Below, in pieces: positions 10,560-21,991 of a DNA stretch of 64,000 nt. The notes under the pieces were generated by a model. The model saw only the letters and a program-made list of their open reading frames with translations, was not told the DNA's origin and searched no databases. This stretch comes from Octopus bimaculoides (taxonomy: Eukaryota), in assembly GCF_001194135.2 (NCBI RefSeq), contig NC_068984.1, positions 91,945,882 to 92,009,881 on the forward strand, written 5' to 3'. The position numbers were made by a program, and so were the translations under genes. Position 1 is the first letter of the stretch, and every line of letters starts with the position of its first letter.

Positions 10560-12830
10560 ATTTCTTCGAAAAAAGTAAGCATTGAAAGTGGCGACGAAAA
10601 GCGGGAGTGAGGAAAGAAGGTGGTACGGTACTAGACAGCAGGAAGAAAAGAAAGAAAGAAAGAAAGAAAGAATGAAAGAAAGAAGAAGAAGAAGAAGAAG
10701 AAGAAGAAGAAGAAGAAGAATCTAACAAAAATGGAATTAGCGGCAGGAAAGAGATTTTTGGAAATATCACTGCAGCTAAGGAATTGGTTAACATCACATT
10801 GGAGAACAAAATAGAAAAACTAAACAAGGTAGCAAAATATATGAAAATTAATGGATGGAGGGCAGAATTGACACTTCCAAGCGATGTGCTTGAAGCAACA
10901 GCCAAACGAACAGTTGTCTACAGGTGAGTGAACACTAAGATAAGGAAATTCGAAAATTCTAAACGCGAACAGGTGGAAAAAGCCTTGAAAGATATATAAC
11001 AGGATATCCACCACATTGCAGAAGCGAGACATTATGGCAGAGTAGAGGTCCTTTTTAAGACCGAGGTGCAGGCGATACAGAGCTCGGTGATCACGCGTGG
11101 CACCGCGGAAATCGCTCTCTTCCCAACGTACATAGGAAGAAGGGCAGTACAAATTACGATATCTGGTGTCCCGCCAGGCTTGGATTTATGATGGATTCTC
11201 GCTTGTATTTGTATGGAAGGACCGGGGAAGAATCTTCTTGATGACAAAAGATCGAGGTGGGAGAATTGGGTTGAGATTACCTTGGAGGCTCTTCTCCACG
11301 TGAAGCCAGACCAGTTAGAGAAAGTCCCTCTCGATTTCCCTCTCGAATGGAGTAGAACTAAAGGTGAATGTGGAGGGCAGAAGGCCGAGGTGCCACGATT
11401 GTGGTTCAACGGACCACTTACGGTTATTCTGCCCACAAAACCAGAAAGAAGGGCAGAAAGAAATGTTCAAACGAAATTACCACAACCCATGAATCGACAA
11501 AAACAACAAGAACAACAACAGCAACAACAAAAACAACAACAAGAGAACCAGAACAAACAACACCAGAAAAAACATACTAGACACGGACCCCTCCACGTAT
11601 CCAAGTGATGATCAGAGGGAATCCTAGAAGGCCAGAAAACCAAGAAAGAGACACAGAAAAAAGGGAGAAATCCAAGAAACGATAAACAGAGACACACTGA
11701 TGACAACACCAACACCATCACAAACATCCACAACAGAATCAAAAATACAACAAACTTTAAAAAGAAAAATGTCACTACAACAACAACCATCCACGCAGCA
11801 GCGGAATTTTGTGCTAGTGAGGATGGCCAATGAAAAGAGGATGGCTCTCATAGCACAAAACAAGAACATTGGGACAAAGCGGGTGATCTGCAGCCCCAAC
11901 ACTTTTAGAGAATCGGAGAGCCTAATGATGGTGTGAATGACAGACTTATGTGAGCATTAAGCGGAGCTACCCCGTATGACATTGGATCTCACAGGGTATT
12001 GGCCTGCAGATGGCTTTTTCGGGGGTTTCCAGAGGAATNNNNNNNNNNNNNNNNNNNNNNNNNNNNNNNNNNNNNNNNNNNNNNNNNNNNNNNNNNNNNN
12101 NNNNNNNNNNNNNNNNNNNNNNNNNNNNNNNNNNNNNNNNNNNNNNNNNNNNNNNNNNNNNNNNNNNNNNNNNNNNNNNNNNNNNNNNNNNNNNNNNNNN
12201 NNNNNNNNNNNNNNNNNNNNNNNNNNNNNNNNNNNNNNNNNNNNNNNNNNNNNNNNNNNNNNNNNNNNNNNNNNNNNNNNNNNNNNNNNNNNNNNNNNNN
12301 NNNNNNNNNNNNNNNNNNNNNNNNNNNNNNNNNNNNNNNNNNNNNNNNNNNNNNNNNNNNNNNNNNNNNNNNNNNNNNNNATACGGTCGGTCTTCCTGGA
12401 CCCGGAAAGTAAGTCGGTGGACGTGGACGTGAAAGATAACGTCGGAGTCCATTGTGAAGACCGTCTTGCCTCCTTCCTTTGGCCGGGAATGGAGAGTAAT
12501 TTTTCTCTGTCAGATAGCTATGGCAAAAGAGTTTGTGTGGTTGGCGCAATTGAAAGGGTTAAAGACGGGTCCCTTCCACTTTGACCAAGCCTCATTGACT
12601 TTTTCAGGTTCCATCTGAAAAGGAAAGTGAGGCTGGAGAAGGAGGTACTGTCACCCGGTAAGTTCGTTGAAAGGTGAGTGAATATGGCAAAAATGGTCCG
12701 CGTGAATGGACCTACTCTAGGTGTGCGCCTGTAGGCTGGATAGAAGGGAGCGACATAAAAGCAGCGACATAAAGGCAAAAGCAGATACGAAGGAGGAAAT
12801 AACCAGAAACAAGTAGGGACCGAGGACGAC
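10560..12830 (+). mobile_element. Degenerate L1/Tx1-like LINE: ORF1 remnant, start of ORF2 and ORF2 C-terminus
   Basis: ORF1 HYGRVEVLFKTEVQAIQSS...FPTYIGRRAVQITISGVPP is homologous to 16100-16350; post-gap frames give SESIVKTVLPPSFGREWRVIFLCQIAMAKEFVW and FFRFHLKRKVRLEKEVLS, typical of a Tx1-like ORF2 tail. Confidence 0.7.
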
Positions 12831-13006
12831 GATACTATGAGCTAGAAAATTAGAAAAACATGCATATGCCTGAATATGTACTTAAGTATATGCTTGCATG
12901 TATGTTATTTGTGCGTGTGCGTGCTTGTGTGTATGCTTTTACACGTCTGTATTTACATATATATCTGCATGTATATATAAATATGCACATGTGCACATAT
13001 GTACGG

Positions 13007-13583
13007 TGTAAGAATAAAATTACTGGTATTTTGTTTCTTTTGGCCACATCTTCGAGCATTTTAAAGAACGAATTGAATTTCGAAAGCAGTTAAACGTTGT
13101 TGAAAATATCGTACGTAGTTCGTAGCTGTATCTCTACTTAAACACAAATATAAACCTGTTTGTTGTGATAGTAACAACAAAACGGAACTTATTAGATGGA
13201 TTGCAAAGCATCTAACATATAGGTGGTGGTACTAGAACTGGTAATACATTATAAGAATGCAAGGTATGATTTTTTTAATCAAATGTAGACTACATCAAGA
13301 CTTAAAGTTGACCGTGTTGTTGTTGCGTTTACTGATGGTCACTCGAGTAATGAGGAAATAATGAAGAAGGAAGCAAAGTCTCTAAAAAATTCCGGAGTGA
13401 AAATATTTATAGTTGGTGTCAGTCCTGCTCTTAAAAGTGAAATGTTACAAGATATTTCGAGTGAACCACACGAAGAATTTGCCCACAGCTTCGCAAGTTT
13501 TGACGTTCTCCTTGCTAAATATGGACTCTTCACTTGTAAGACCTGTAGAAGAGTTCAAGAAGAAACCACTTTTACAATACAAG
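13007..13583 (+). pseudogene. Disabled whole-domain von Willebrand factor A (vWA) exon, collagen VI/XII or matrilin-like
   Basis: Across frameshifts: CKNKITGILFLLATSSSI (MIDAS DxSxS with GAC>GCC), NKTELIRWIAKHLTY, GGGTRTGNTL, VVVAFTDGHS, GVKIFIVGV..LQDISSEP, ending in C; donor CAAG|GTAAAG at 13583/13584; in-frame stops present. Confidence 0.85.
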
Positions 13584-13949
13584 GTAAAGTTTTCTTGTTA
13601 TTTGCTAAAAAATAACTCATTCTTCTTTTGTGCAAACTATTTTATAACTATTGTTGATGAGGAGATATTTATGAATGCTATAAATGTTAATTCTGTGGAA
13701 ACTAGATGGATAAGATCGGCTATACCACCTTTCTCAACAAAATTAGCTTCATCTCTATATAGATACCCAAGGCAGCCAAAATGACACTTTTAACTAAGAT
13801 TTCCAATAACTGTTTTATGATCTTTGTGTAATTATTAATTTAAAAGGTAGTTTTTTAAAAATTGATTATACACTTAAAAGTTCAGCATTCTCCCCAATAA
13901 TTGCTTTTTCTTTGATTTCCATTTTCTTCTTTTTTGCATTATGTATTAT

Positions 13950-14100
13950 CCCCCACCGCTTGAAAACCGGTGCTGGTTTGTTTTCTTTCCTGTAACTTAG
14001 CAGATCAGAAATAAAACCGATAGAATAGGTATCAGACTTAAGTAGTGGGTCCCCAGCATAGCTGCAGTTCAATGACTGAAACAAGTAAAAACTAAAGGAT
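13950..14100 (+). mobile_element. SINE fragment inside the vWA intron
   Basis: ccccagcatagctgcagttcaatgactgaaacaagtaaaa; same family as 3190-3322. Confidence 0.7.
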
Positions 14101-14187
14101 TACTTATCCAATCAAATTCTGGTAAGGTTATAGTAAATAAATCTACCGATCGTCTAACTGCACTATTGCATTTTTTATTGTTTCCAG

Positions 14188-14696
14188 GCTGCAGAAATGC
14201 TTCTTCAACAGATATTTTATTCACAACTCGGATATAATAAAACTAAAACAATACAGGACGGTGTGGAAGAAAGTCTTACGTCTTACAGAATTTGACACTC
14301 GTCACAATATAAGCTTCGGGATCTTATTAAAGGATTGCTTTCAAAGTTTGGGTATTTCGGTGGGATCAATTAAGGACAGTGAAGAATTCATAAAGAAAGC
14401 CAAGGCCTCGGCTCGCTACTAAGTCAAATAAGTTTAGATAAATTTATATCGAACAGTCATAGATTTCCTCAAAAATTTGTGATTAAAGAAGCAACCTGAA
14501 TAATCAACAGCTTCGGCAAGAAATTAAAAGCCTTTCCAATGAAAATATCGATGTAGTTGCAGTACTCATTGAAAGAACTGTAAATACGAATGCTTTAACT
14601 TCCTTAGCAATTTCCCCAAAATACATACTGAGCATTCTCTCTTACAAAACATTTTCTTCGTCGTTAGCAGAATTATTTTATAGCAAAGTTTGTTAG
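14188..14696 (+). pseudogene. Second disabled vWA-domain exon
   Basis: Acceptor ttttttattgtttccag|; phase-1 join gives GCRNASSTDILF; later YFGG and LSNENIDVVAVLIERTVNTNALTSLAISPKYILSILSYKTFSSSLAELFYSKVC; several stops and frameshifts. Confidence 0.7.
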
Positions 14697-15839
14697 GTTT
14701 TAGACTGGATTACTGAAAAATTCTCACTATCAAAATCAATTCGTTTTAGTGTATAAAACAGTTTCTTTGCTTACATATTTAAAACGATAATGTTGACTAC
14801 TAATTGCTTTCTGGCAGCTTTCGACAATGAAATAGAAGCGAAAATGTAAAGAGCACGTATTTTCTGATAATGATAAATCAATTCATATTTATTCTAAATA
14901 CTTACTTTTATTTCATTCGACTTTTCGTACAATAATTGTCAATCATAATTTTCAATGCTGAAATTGTTTGGAAATTAAAAAGTAAAACAAATGCATTTTT
15001 AAAGGGGAAAAACTTTAAATTTCTACCGTAAAATTATTTCCCTTTAAATCTGTCCGTTTTGAAAATCCATTAGAGGACTTTTTTCCATGCATGTACTATA
15101 ACAGATTTCAAGAACCCTTGATTTCAAAACCTTTTCAGAATATCAGGTTCTCTGGGCCAAAATTTCACAATATGTTCTGGACCAATTAAATATATATATA
15201 TCTACTATTCCTCTAGTACACTTTGCATAGCTAAACCATTAAACAAAATATTGCATGATTAAATGAAATACATGAATGCATGTAAATTTATTCAAACAGT
15301 CTGTACCAATGAAACATAATTTTTAATTAAACGCGATCTGAATCATTTAATGAAATAAACTAAATATTAGTCACAAAGGTCTGGAATTGGAGAACTGTAA
15401 GTATTACTACCTGTTTCTAGATAACATTTTCTTTATGGAAGGTTCAGAATTTCCAAATATAGGCTTAGTACTTCGGCACATTCTAATAAACATGTTATAC
15501 AAGCAAAATTGCTTCAGATGCTTTCCTGCATAATTTTTACATGTAGCAAATGAAAATTGATTATCCTTTGTTCCGGTACTTATCGCCGAAGTCAACTTTG
15601 TCATTCATCCATTCGTGGACGATAAAACAAAGTACCTGTTATATATTGTGATCATGTAACTACAGTAGTCCACATTTGATTCCCTGTTGCATTTGATGTG
15701 TGTTCGCTTCAAGTGAGTTTTGTTTTTGTTAAATTGTTGAAGGTCTACTACACCTAATTGTTATATTACTGAATTGTTGAATTTATTATTACCCGAATTT
15801 TTGCTTTTCTTCCCCATTTATGGGTGAAGTTGTGGATAA

Positions 15840-16740
15840 TATTATGTAAAGTAAACCAGTACCAGCAGGCAGTTACGCTTCAGTGACTGGGAAAAGTCTA
15901 ACCGCGGATGTCTTGAAAGTTAGAAAAGTTCAATTGAACGAAACAAATTTCAAGAAGTTCAATGAACTGTTGAGAAAGGAAGGAGACAGCCTGAGGCTGA
16001 CGTCGCCTAACGAAGTTATAGAAAAAAACAGAGAAAGACAATAATATATAGAACGCTGTCTATTGCAACAAAAACAGTGGAAATTGCAGCAGTAGAGGTG
16101 GTCGAAGAATGCTTGAGAGAAGTCAAAGATCTAACGACGTACTACAACAGAGGAAAGAAGTACGGTACAGTGTAGGTACGCTTCGTGAGTGAATGAAGAA
16201 GCGATAAAACACTCCACTGCGTCTTTGAGATCAACTGAGTGGATACTATTACGAACCTACTGTGGCAAACGTGCGGCCAGAGTAAGGATTGGTAGAGTAC
16301 CCCCAGAAATTGATGAGGCGTGGCTGGTGGTAGCAATCTTCTATAATACAGAGGAGGACACCAAAATACTAAAAATTACAAGAACTACGGAAGTAAACTG
16401 AGGGGATACGGCCTCGAGATGTTGGTTCACATCAGTTTGCCAGACCTTTCACAAAATTGCAGAGGAATTGGTGTTGCCGAACGAGACGAGAATTGTAGTG
16501 GAAGGAAGACCTTCCGTATGCTATCAATGTGGAGTATGGGGACACATAACAAAATAGGTGATGCAACACACCTTACGGTATTTATTTATACCAAAATGCT
16601 GTCCATAAATAAATGCGAGAATAAAGTTCTTCATCTTCATAGGGTATTCGAATTAAGGCGATGGATTTTCATTAGAGTAAAAAACAAGAGGGAAGAAGGA
16701 AAAGGATGGAAAACATGGCCAACACAAAACATCTAGAAGC
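15840..16740 (+). mobile_element. Second L1/Tx1-like ORF1 remnant with a gag-type zinc knuckle
   Basis: RGKKYGTV, TYCGKRAARVRIGRVPPEIDEAWL, and VVEGRPSVCYQCGVWGHI (CCHC knuckle, last Cys lost). Confidence 0.7.
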
Positions 16741-16796
16741 CCAAAATGTTAAAAAGCATATAATTTACCATCAAGGGGGTGCTTATTTAAATTTTA

Positions 16797-17445
16797 TTCC
16801 TGATAAACTTTTGTTTATTCTGTTGTTACCCATACCTTATGAGCATAATGTGCTTGCATACCAATACCCAGGGATGGCATAGGTAAATAATACCGATAGT
16901 AAGAACAGATACTATTATCCTTCAGACAGTTATTCCAACCGCTAACTCTGCTTACCTTATATATTTCTAATAAACGTAAAGTTAATAGTATAACGTTTAT
17001 AATGTTAGTTTAACCTAAAACTTCGATAAGATAAGTATTGCATTTATTTTCAATAATATTGTTAAACGTTTTTCTTTTATTTATTGGTAAAATAAGTATT
17101 TTTATAGAAATTCATTTGTTATATATTGTTAGCTGATGTTCTAATAAACGCTAAATTAATAGTATAACGTTTAAATTTTAGTTTAACGTTTAAATTTTAG
17201 TTTAAACTAAAGCTTCAATAAGATGTGGTCCAATCGATGTGTTTGTTAATCTGAGGTTTTCTCCATTTTCTAATTATTTGCATTGTTCCTGATAAGCTCG
17301 ATCTTGTTTATCCTGTTGTTACCTACACTCCACGTGCATGGAGTACCTGCATACCAATGCCCGGGGATAATACGGGTAACGGATACCGATAGTATATTCG
17401 GATATTTGATCCCTTAGTCGGTTATTATAACCGCTAACTCTGTTA
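16797..17445. repeat. Partial-tandem repeat, probably Penelope-like pLTRs
   Basis: 16797-16955 resembles 17287-17445 (ttcctgataa...ctgttgttacc...gcataccaat...ccgctaactctg); 16960-17035 resembles 17140-17225. Confidence 0.6.
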
Positions 17446-17537
17446 AGAAAAGGATAAAGATAGAAGATATAAGATATATATGTTCATATATATATATAAC
17501 ATATGTATGTGTATATGCACACACACACACACACACG

Positions 17538-17569
<32 letters not shown>

Positions 17570-18689
17570 CACACGCGCACACCATATTGATACAATGGAA
17601 GCAATGGTCTCATGCATAACCAATTTGATATAACATATACAAGTGAGTGCAAATCTAACGGCGCAGACATGTATTGTTTTAAAGTGATTTGTCATTGCAG
17701 GTAGGTTAATCCCCCTTTCATCTTTGTTATGTTTAAAGATGAAAAGGGTTAAGGTCGAATTCTCCTTAAGATTCTACTATATGTATGTATCTGTGTATCT
17801 GTGTATGTATGTATGTATGTATGTATGTATGTATGTATGTATGTATGTATGTATGTATGTACGTACGTGAAAATACATGCACACACACGCACAATCACAT
17901 ATATCTACATACATATATGTATGCACACGCACATACACGTAAGCGCCCTGAATGTGTCTATGATACTGGTAAACATTCCACAGAATTGTAGAACTAGATG
18001 AATCAATAGAAATATGACAAAGATACATTGTAGCTGAAAATCACTTTTGTTTGCACAGAATTGTCAAAGTATTACCATGTCAATGCCGAAATCTAAATTA
18101 GCATACAATATACTTCTTGAACAATTTAGTCGTTTATAATCCACCTTTTACAATCTTGCATGTCATGATGTTTTCTACGTCGCACTTTCCACTAAGCTCT
18201 CTCTTTCTCTACTTCCTTTTTTGTTTGTTTGTTTGTTTCTTTCTTTCTTTCTTTCTTTCTTTCTCTCCCCCTCTCTCTCTATTTATCTCACTCGTTGTAA
18301 TTAGGGCTACATTCTATTACATTATACTATATTATCTCACTCTCTTTCCCATCTCTCATTTTCGTTTCCCTTTATTGAATGAATATATTTCAGTTATTTC
18401 TGTCAATGTTGTTTTATTTTATTTTATTTTTAAAATGGTTTACTTTCACTATATAAATCATGTTCAATTTTAAATGCTATTCTTCATGTTTGTAATTGCC
18501 TGTAAAACATGTATGTTTAAATTGTCTGTTTGGGCTATTCACTGCTTTATACAAATTGCTGGTTTAATGTAAATTTCTCAATCTGGAAGTTGGCCACAGC
18601 GTACGTGAGTCACAGTCCCTTAGTTTCCCTTTCGACATCTTTGTACATACATACATACATACATGCATACATACATCCATGCATACATC

Positions 18690-20190
18690 TCCTATATCTG
18701 ACGAGGAATGTTACAGGTATCTAGGGGTGGATGAATACATATCTTACAATGGCATTTGTAACAAAACACGTATCACTAAAGAGTATTAATGCTAAAAAAC
18801 AAAAATTGGATCTCAGAACTCTCTGCATTCAATAAAACAGTGGCCCACAATGTGTTTGTTATGCTAGTACTCATACCAACATTTGGGCTACTTGATTGGG
18901 CGCTTGATGAGATCTGAGCCATTGGTATGAAAACTCGAAAAATACTAACAAGCACACATAATTTCTACATAAACAATGATGTAGACTGCCTCTACCTGAA
19001 ATGAAAACAAGGCGGAAGAGGCTTAACATCGATCCAAAATTCCTTTGAACGTTGTATCATATCCTTTCAGTCGAATGTCGAAGTGCATCCCTTGACTTTG
19101 CAGACATGAAGCTGATAACATCATCAGACTTGGAAGGCAGCACCTTGAGAAACATTCTTTGTCTGATAATCTAGAATACATGCTCAAAGAAGTTACACGA
19201 CTCTACTGCAACGTATCATCAAATGAAAGGGTGAGCCTATATGAGCAGAAGACTATGCAGGAATATGTTAGTAGAACGCTCCATGATGATAGCAACATCG
19301 ATCATCAAAGCAGTTTATCATGGACCAATAGCCGGATTACTACCTCCCACTTTGAAAGGTATGCATTTGCAATCCAGGGACAGGAAGTATCAATCAAGTA
19401 CCTGATGCATAAAAGGGACAGAGATGCAGGAAAAGCAATAAAATGTGGTAACCAATGCAGACTTTGTGGAGTTAACACCGAAGATATCACCCACATCATA
19501 TACAGTTGTCCGAAAATGTCGCCACGGTATTATCTACTGATGAGACATGATGTTATAGCTAGGACAGACAAGCCCGAGGACAAGGAAATAAGAGCCCACA
19601 GTATGGTAGAATCCATAGCCACTCATATTAAAATGGAATACTGCTGGAATGTTCCTGTGAAAACCTCAATAAAATATGAACACAACAGACCTGATATAAT
19701 GATTTGGGACAGAGAAGAGAAACTGTAAAGTTGTGGAAATTAGCTGCCCAGCAGATGTTAACATCAAGCTGAAGATCAGTGAAAAAGAGAATAACTACGC
19801 TGAACTATTACTCTATCCCGATTACAAGTTCAGGGTTATACCTGTAATTATTAGGGCCCTGGGGTATATAACACACTGCCTAAATACCAATCTTGAGAAA
19901 TTGGGCTTCTCAAAATCAGAATAGAGAAAACTAATTCGAAGACTACAGATCCAATCCATCACTGGAGCTGTAAAAATCTGTAAAACTTTCCAGAAGTTTA
20001 TGCATGATAATACATACAAAAAAGCAAAACATACAAATCTGCACATATACATACATACATACATACATACATACATACATACAAGCAAAAATACCTGTTG
20101 TTGATGTTGAAATTCCAGTGAAAGAGCTTTGGATCTAGATTAGAAAGCGGCTCTTTATTGGCAAGAAATCTTGAAATAAAACTGACCAAT
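18690..20190 (+). mobile_element. 5'-truncated R4/Dong-like LINE with (ACAT)n on both sides
   Basis: YRYLGVDE, GGRGL, CRLCGVNTEDITHIIYSC (CCHC), RHD, HNRPDIMIWD..EISCPADVNIKLKISEKEN (PD-(D/E)xK RLE); (ACAT)n at about 18645-18685 and 20192-20240. Confidence 0.92.
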
Positions 20191-20240
20191 AACATACATA
20201 CATACATACATACATACATACATACATACATACATACATA

Positions 20241-21067
20241 ACTGTCACTTTGATGGATATTCCTTTAACATCCAGGAACAGGAAATAGCAACCAAATTCC
20301 TGATGCACAAAAGGGACAGAGATGCGGGAAAAACACCAAAATGGATAACCGATGACTTTGTGAAATTAACAACGAAGATATCACCCATGTCACAAGCAGA
20401 TGTCAAAAAATGTCATCACGTTATTATCTACTGATGAAACATGATGTTGTTGCTAAGATACTGTATAATAAGATCCAGTGAAAGGATAATCTTGAGGCCA
20501 AAAAGTTACGAACCGACAGTATGCTTGAGGTCATAGCCACTCATAATCTGAACGAGTACAGGTGGAATGTCCTAGTGAAAACCTCAATAAAATGTCAACG
20601 TAATAAACCAGACAGAGTTGAGATAGGAAAGAAAGACAATGTACGGTAGTGAATCTCAGTATCTCAGCGGATGTTAACAAAGCTAAAGATCAGCGAAAAA
20701 GAAAACACCTACGCTGAACTATTGAGGAACGTACCTGGATTAGAAGTTCAGGTTTATACTTGTAATCTTTGGGGCACTGGGATGTGTAACACACTGCTTC
20801 AGAACCAATCTTGAGATTCGAAGACTATAGATCCAAGCCATCAATGGAACTGTAGAAACTGGTAAAGCTTTCCAGAAGTTTAGTATTTAAGTATATATGC
20901 GCATGTCTAGACATGCAACTGCATACATGAAAATCCTCACATAAAACAACAAATATACACAAGCATGCACTAATATCTTGTTGTTTAAACTCTAATAAGG
21001 AGCCTTGGATCTAGGTTAGAAACCAGCTTTTTCTCTACTGGCAAAAAATCTTGAAATAAAACTGAAT
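20241..21067 (+). mobile_element. Second (ACAT)n-associated R4/Dong-like copy, head-to-tail with the previous one
   Basis: IQEQEIATKFLMHKRDRDAGK, EDITHVTSRC, KTSIKCQRNKPDR; the 3' end aaatcttgaaataaaactga..aataa-catacatac is shared with the 18690-20190 copy. Confidence 0.88.
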
Positions 21068-21289
21068 AATAACATACATACATACATACATATAAATGGT
21101 GTCGAAGTCAGTTCCGTTGGCATTCATGTCTCTGCAAGGAAAGATAAATGGAACTTTTGCCATTAATAATAAGCCTGGCAGATAAAACTTATCTTTGCAT
21201 AAATACAAAGAAGCACCTTTCTATAGAAGAATCAGTGTTAAAAATTAACTGAAACACAGCACGTGAGATTACTACTTAAACTCCATGGC

Positions 21290-21988
21290 TGACAGGAAGC
21301 TGTGGTCAGCCTTCGTAGGAAGTTGAACTATTGAGAGAAATACCGGTGGACATTTTAACTGAATCAAAACCTGTATCAATTCTATAAAAAGTTAGGGAAT
21401 ATCCCTCGACAAGAATAATAACCTCTCCTGCTCCTGCAATAAATACATCACACCTCACCTTGAAGTCTATCGAAGAACAGGAGATAGCCACTAAATACCT
21501 CATCAAAAAAAGTGATACAAAGGCCTCTAAACATTAATACTGTGATACAATATGTCGGTTATGCCATGCCTGTGTGAAAGGACTCACTCATTTCATCAGT
21601 AGCTACCCCAAATAACTATAAAATACTCCTTTGCCATGAGACACGACATCATTACCAAAATTAATTAGGATGCTATACACAAGCAAGAAGGATTGTTTTG
21701 ACGGCCCTGCCGAAGGTACACAAGTACCAGAACCAATGAGTATCTACAACTTTAAAAATAAAGAATGCTGGTGGAAGATACCAATAAAAACAGTGACTTG
21801 ATTTAAGCACAATAGGTCAGATGTGATTGCATTGGACAGGGAGCAAAAGTCACGCATTGTTCTAGAGATCAGCTTCCAAGCAAATGTGAATATCTCTTAA
21901 AAAATCATGGGAGAAGAGAACATCTATAGAGAACTGATGAGAAATCTACAGCTCATATAGCCAGGCTACAGGTTTTCATTTGTTCCAA
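21290..21988 (+). mobile_element. Third, more diverged R4/Dong-like LINE remnant
   Basis: IEEQEIATKYLIKK, CRLCHAC, RHD, KHNRSDVIALDREQK..VLEIS, LQLI*PGYRFSFVPI. Confidence 0.75.
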
Positions 21989-21991
21989 TTA

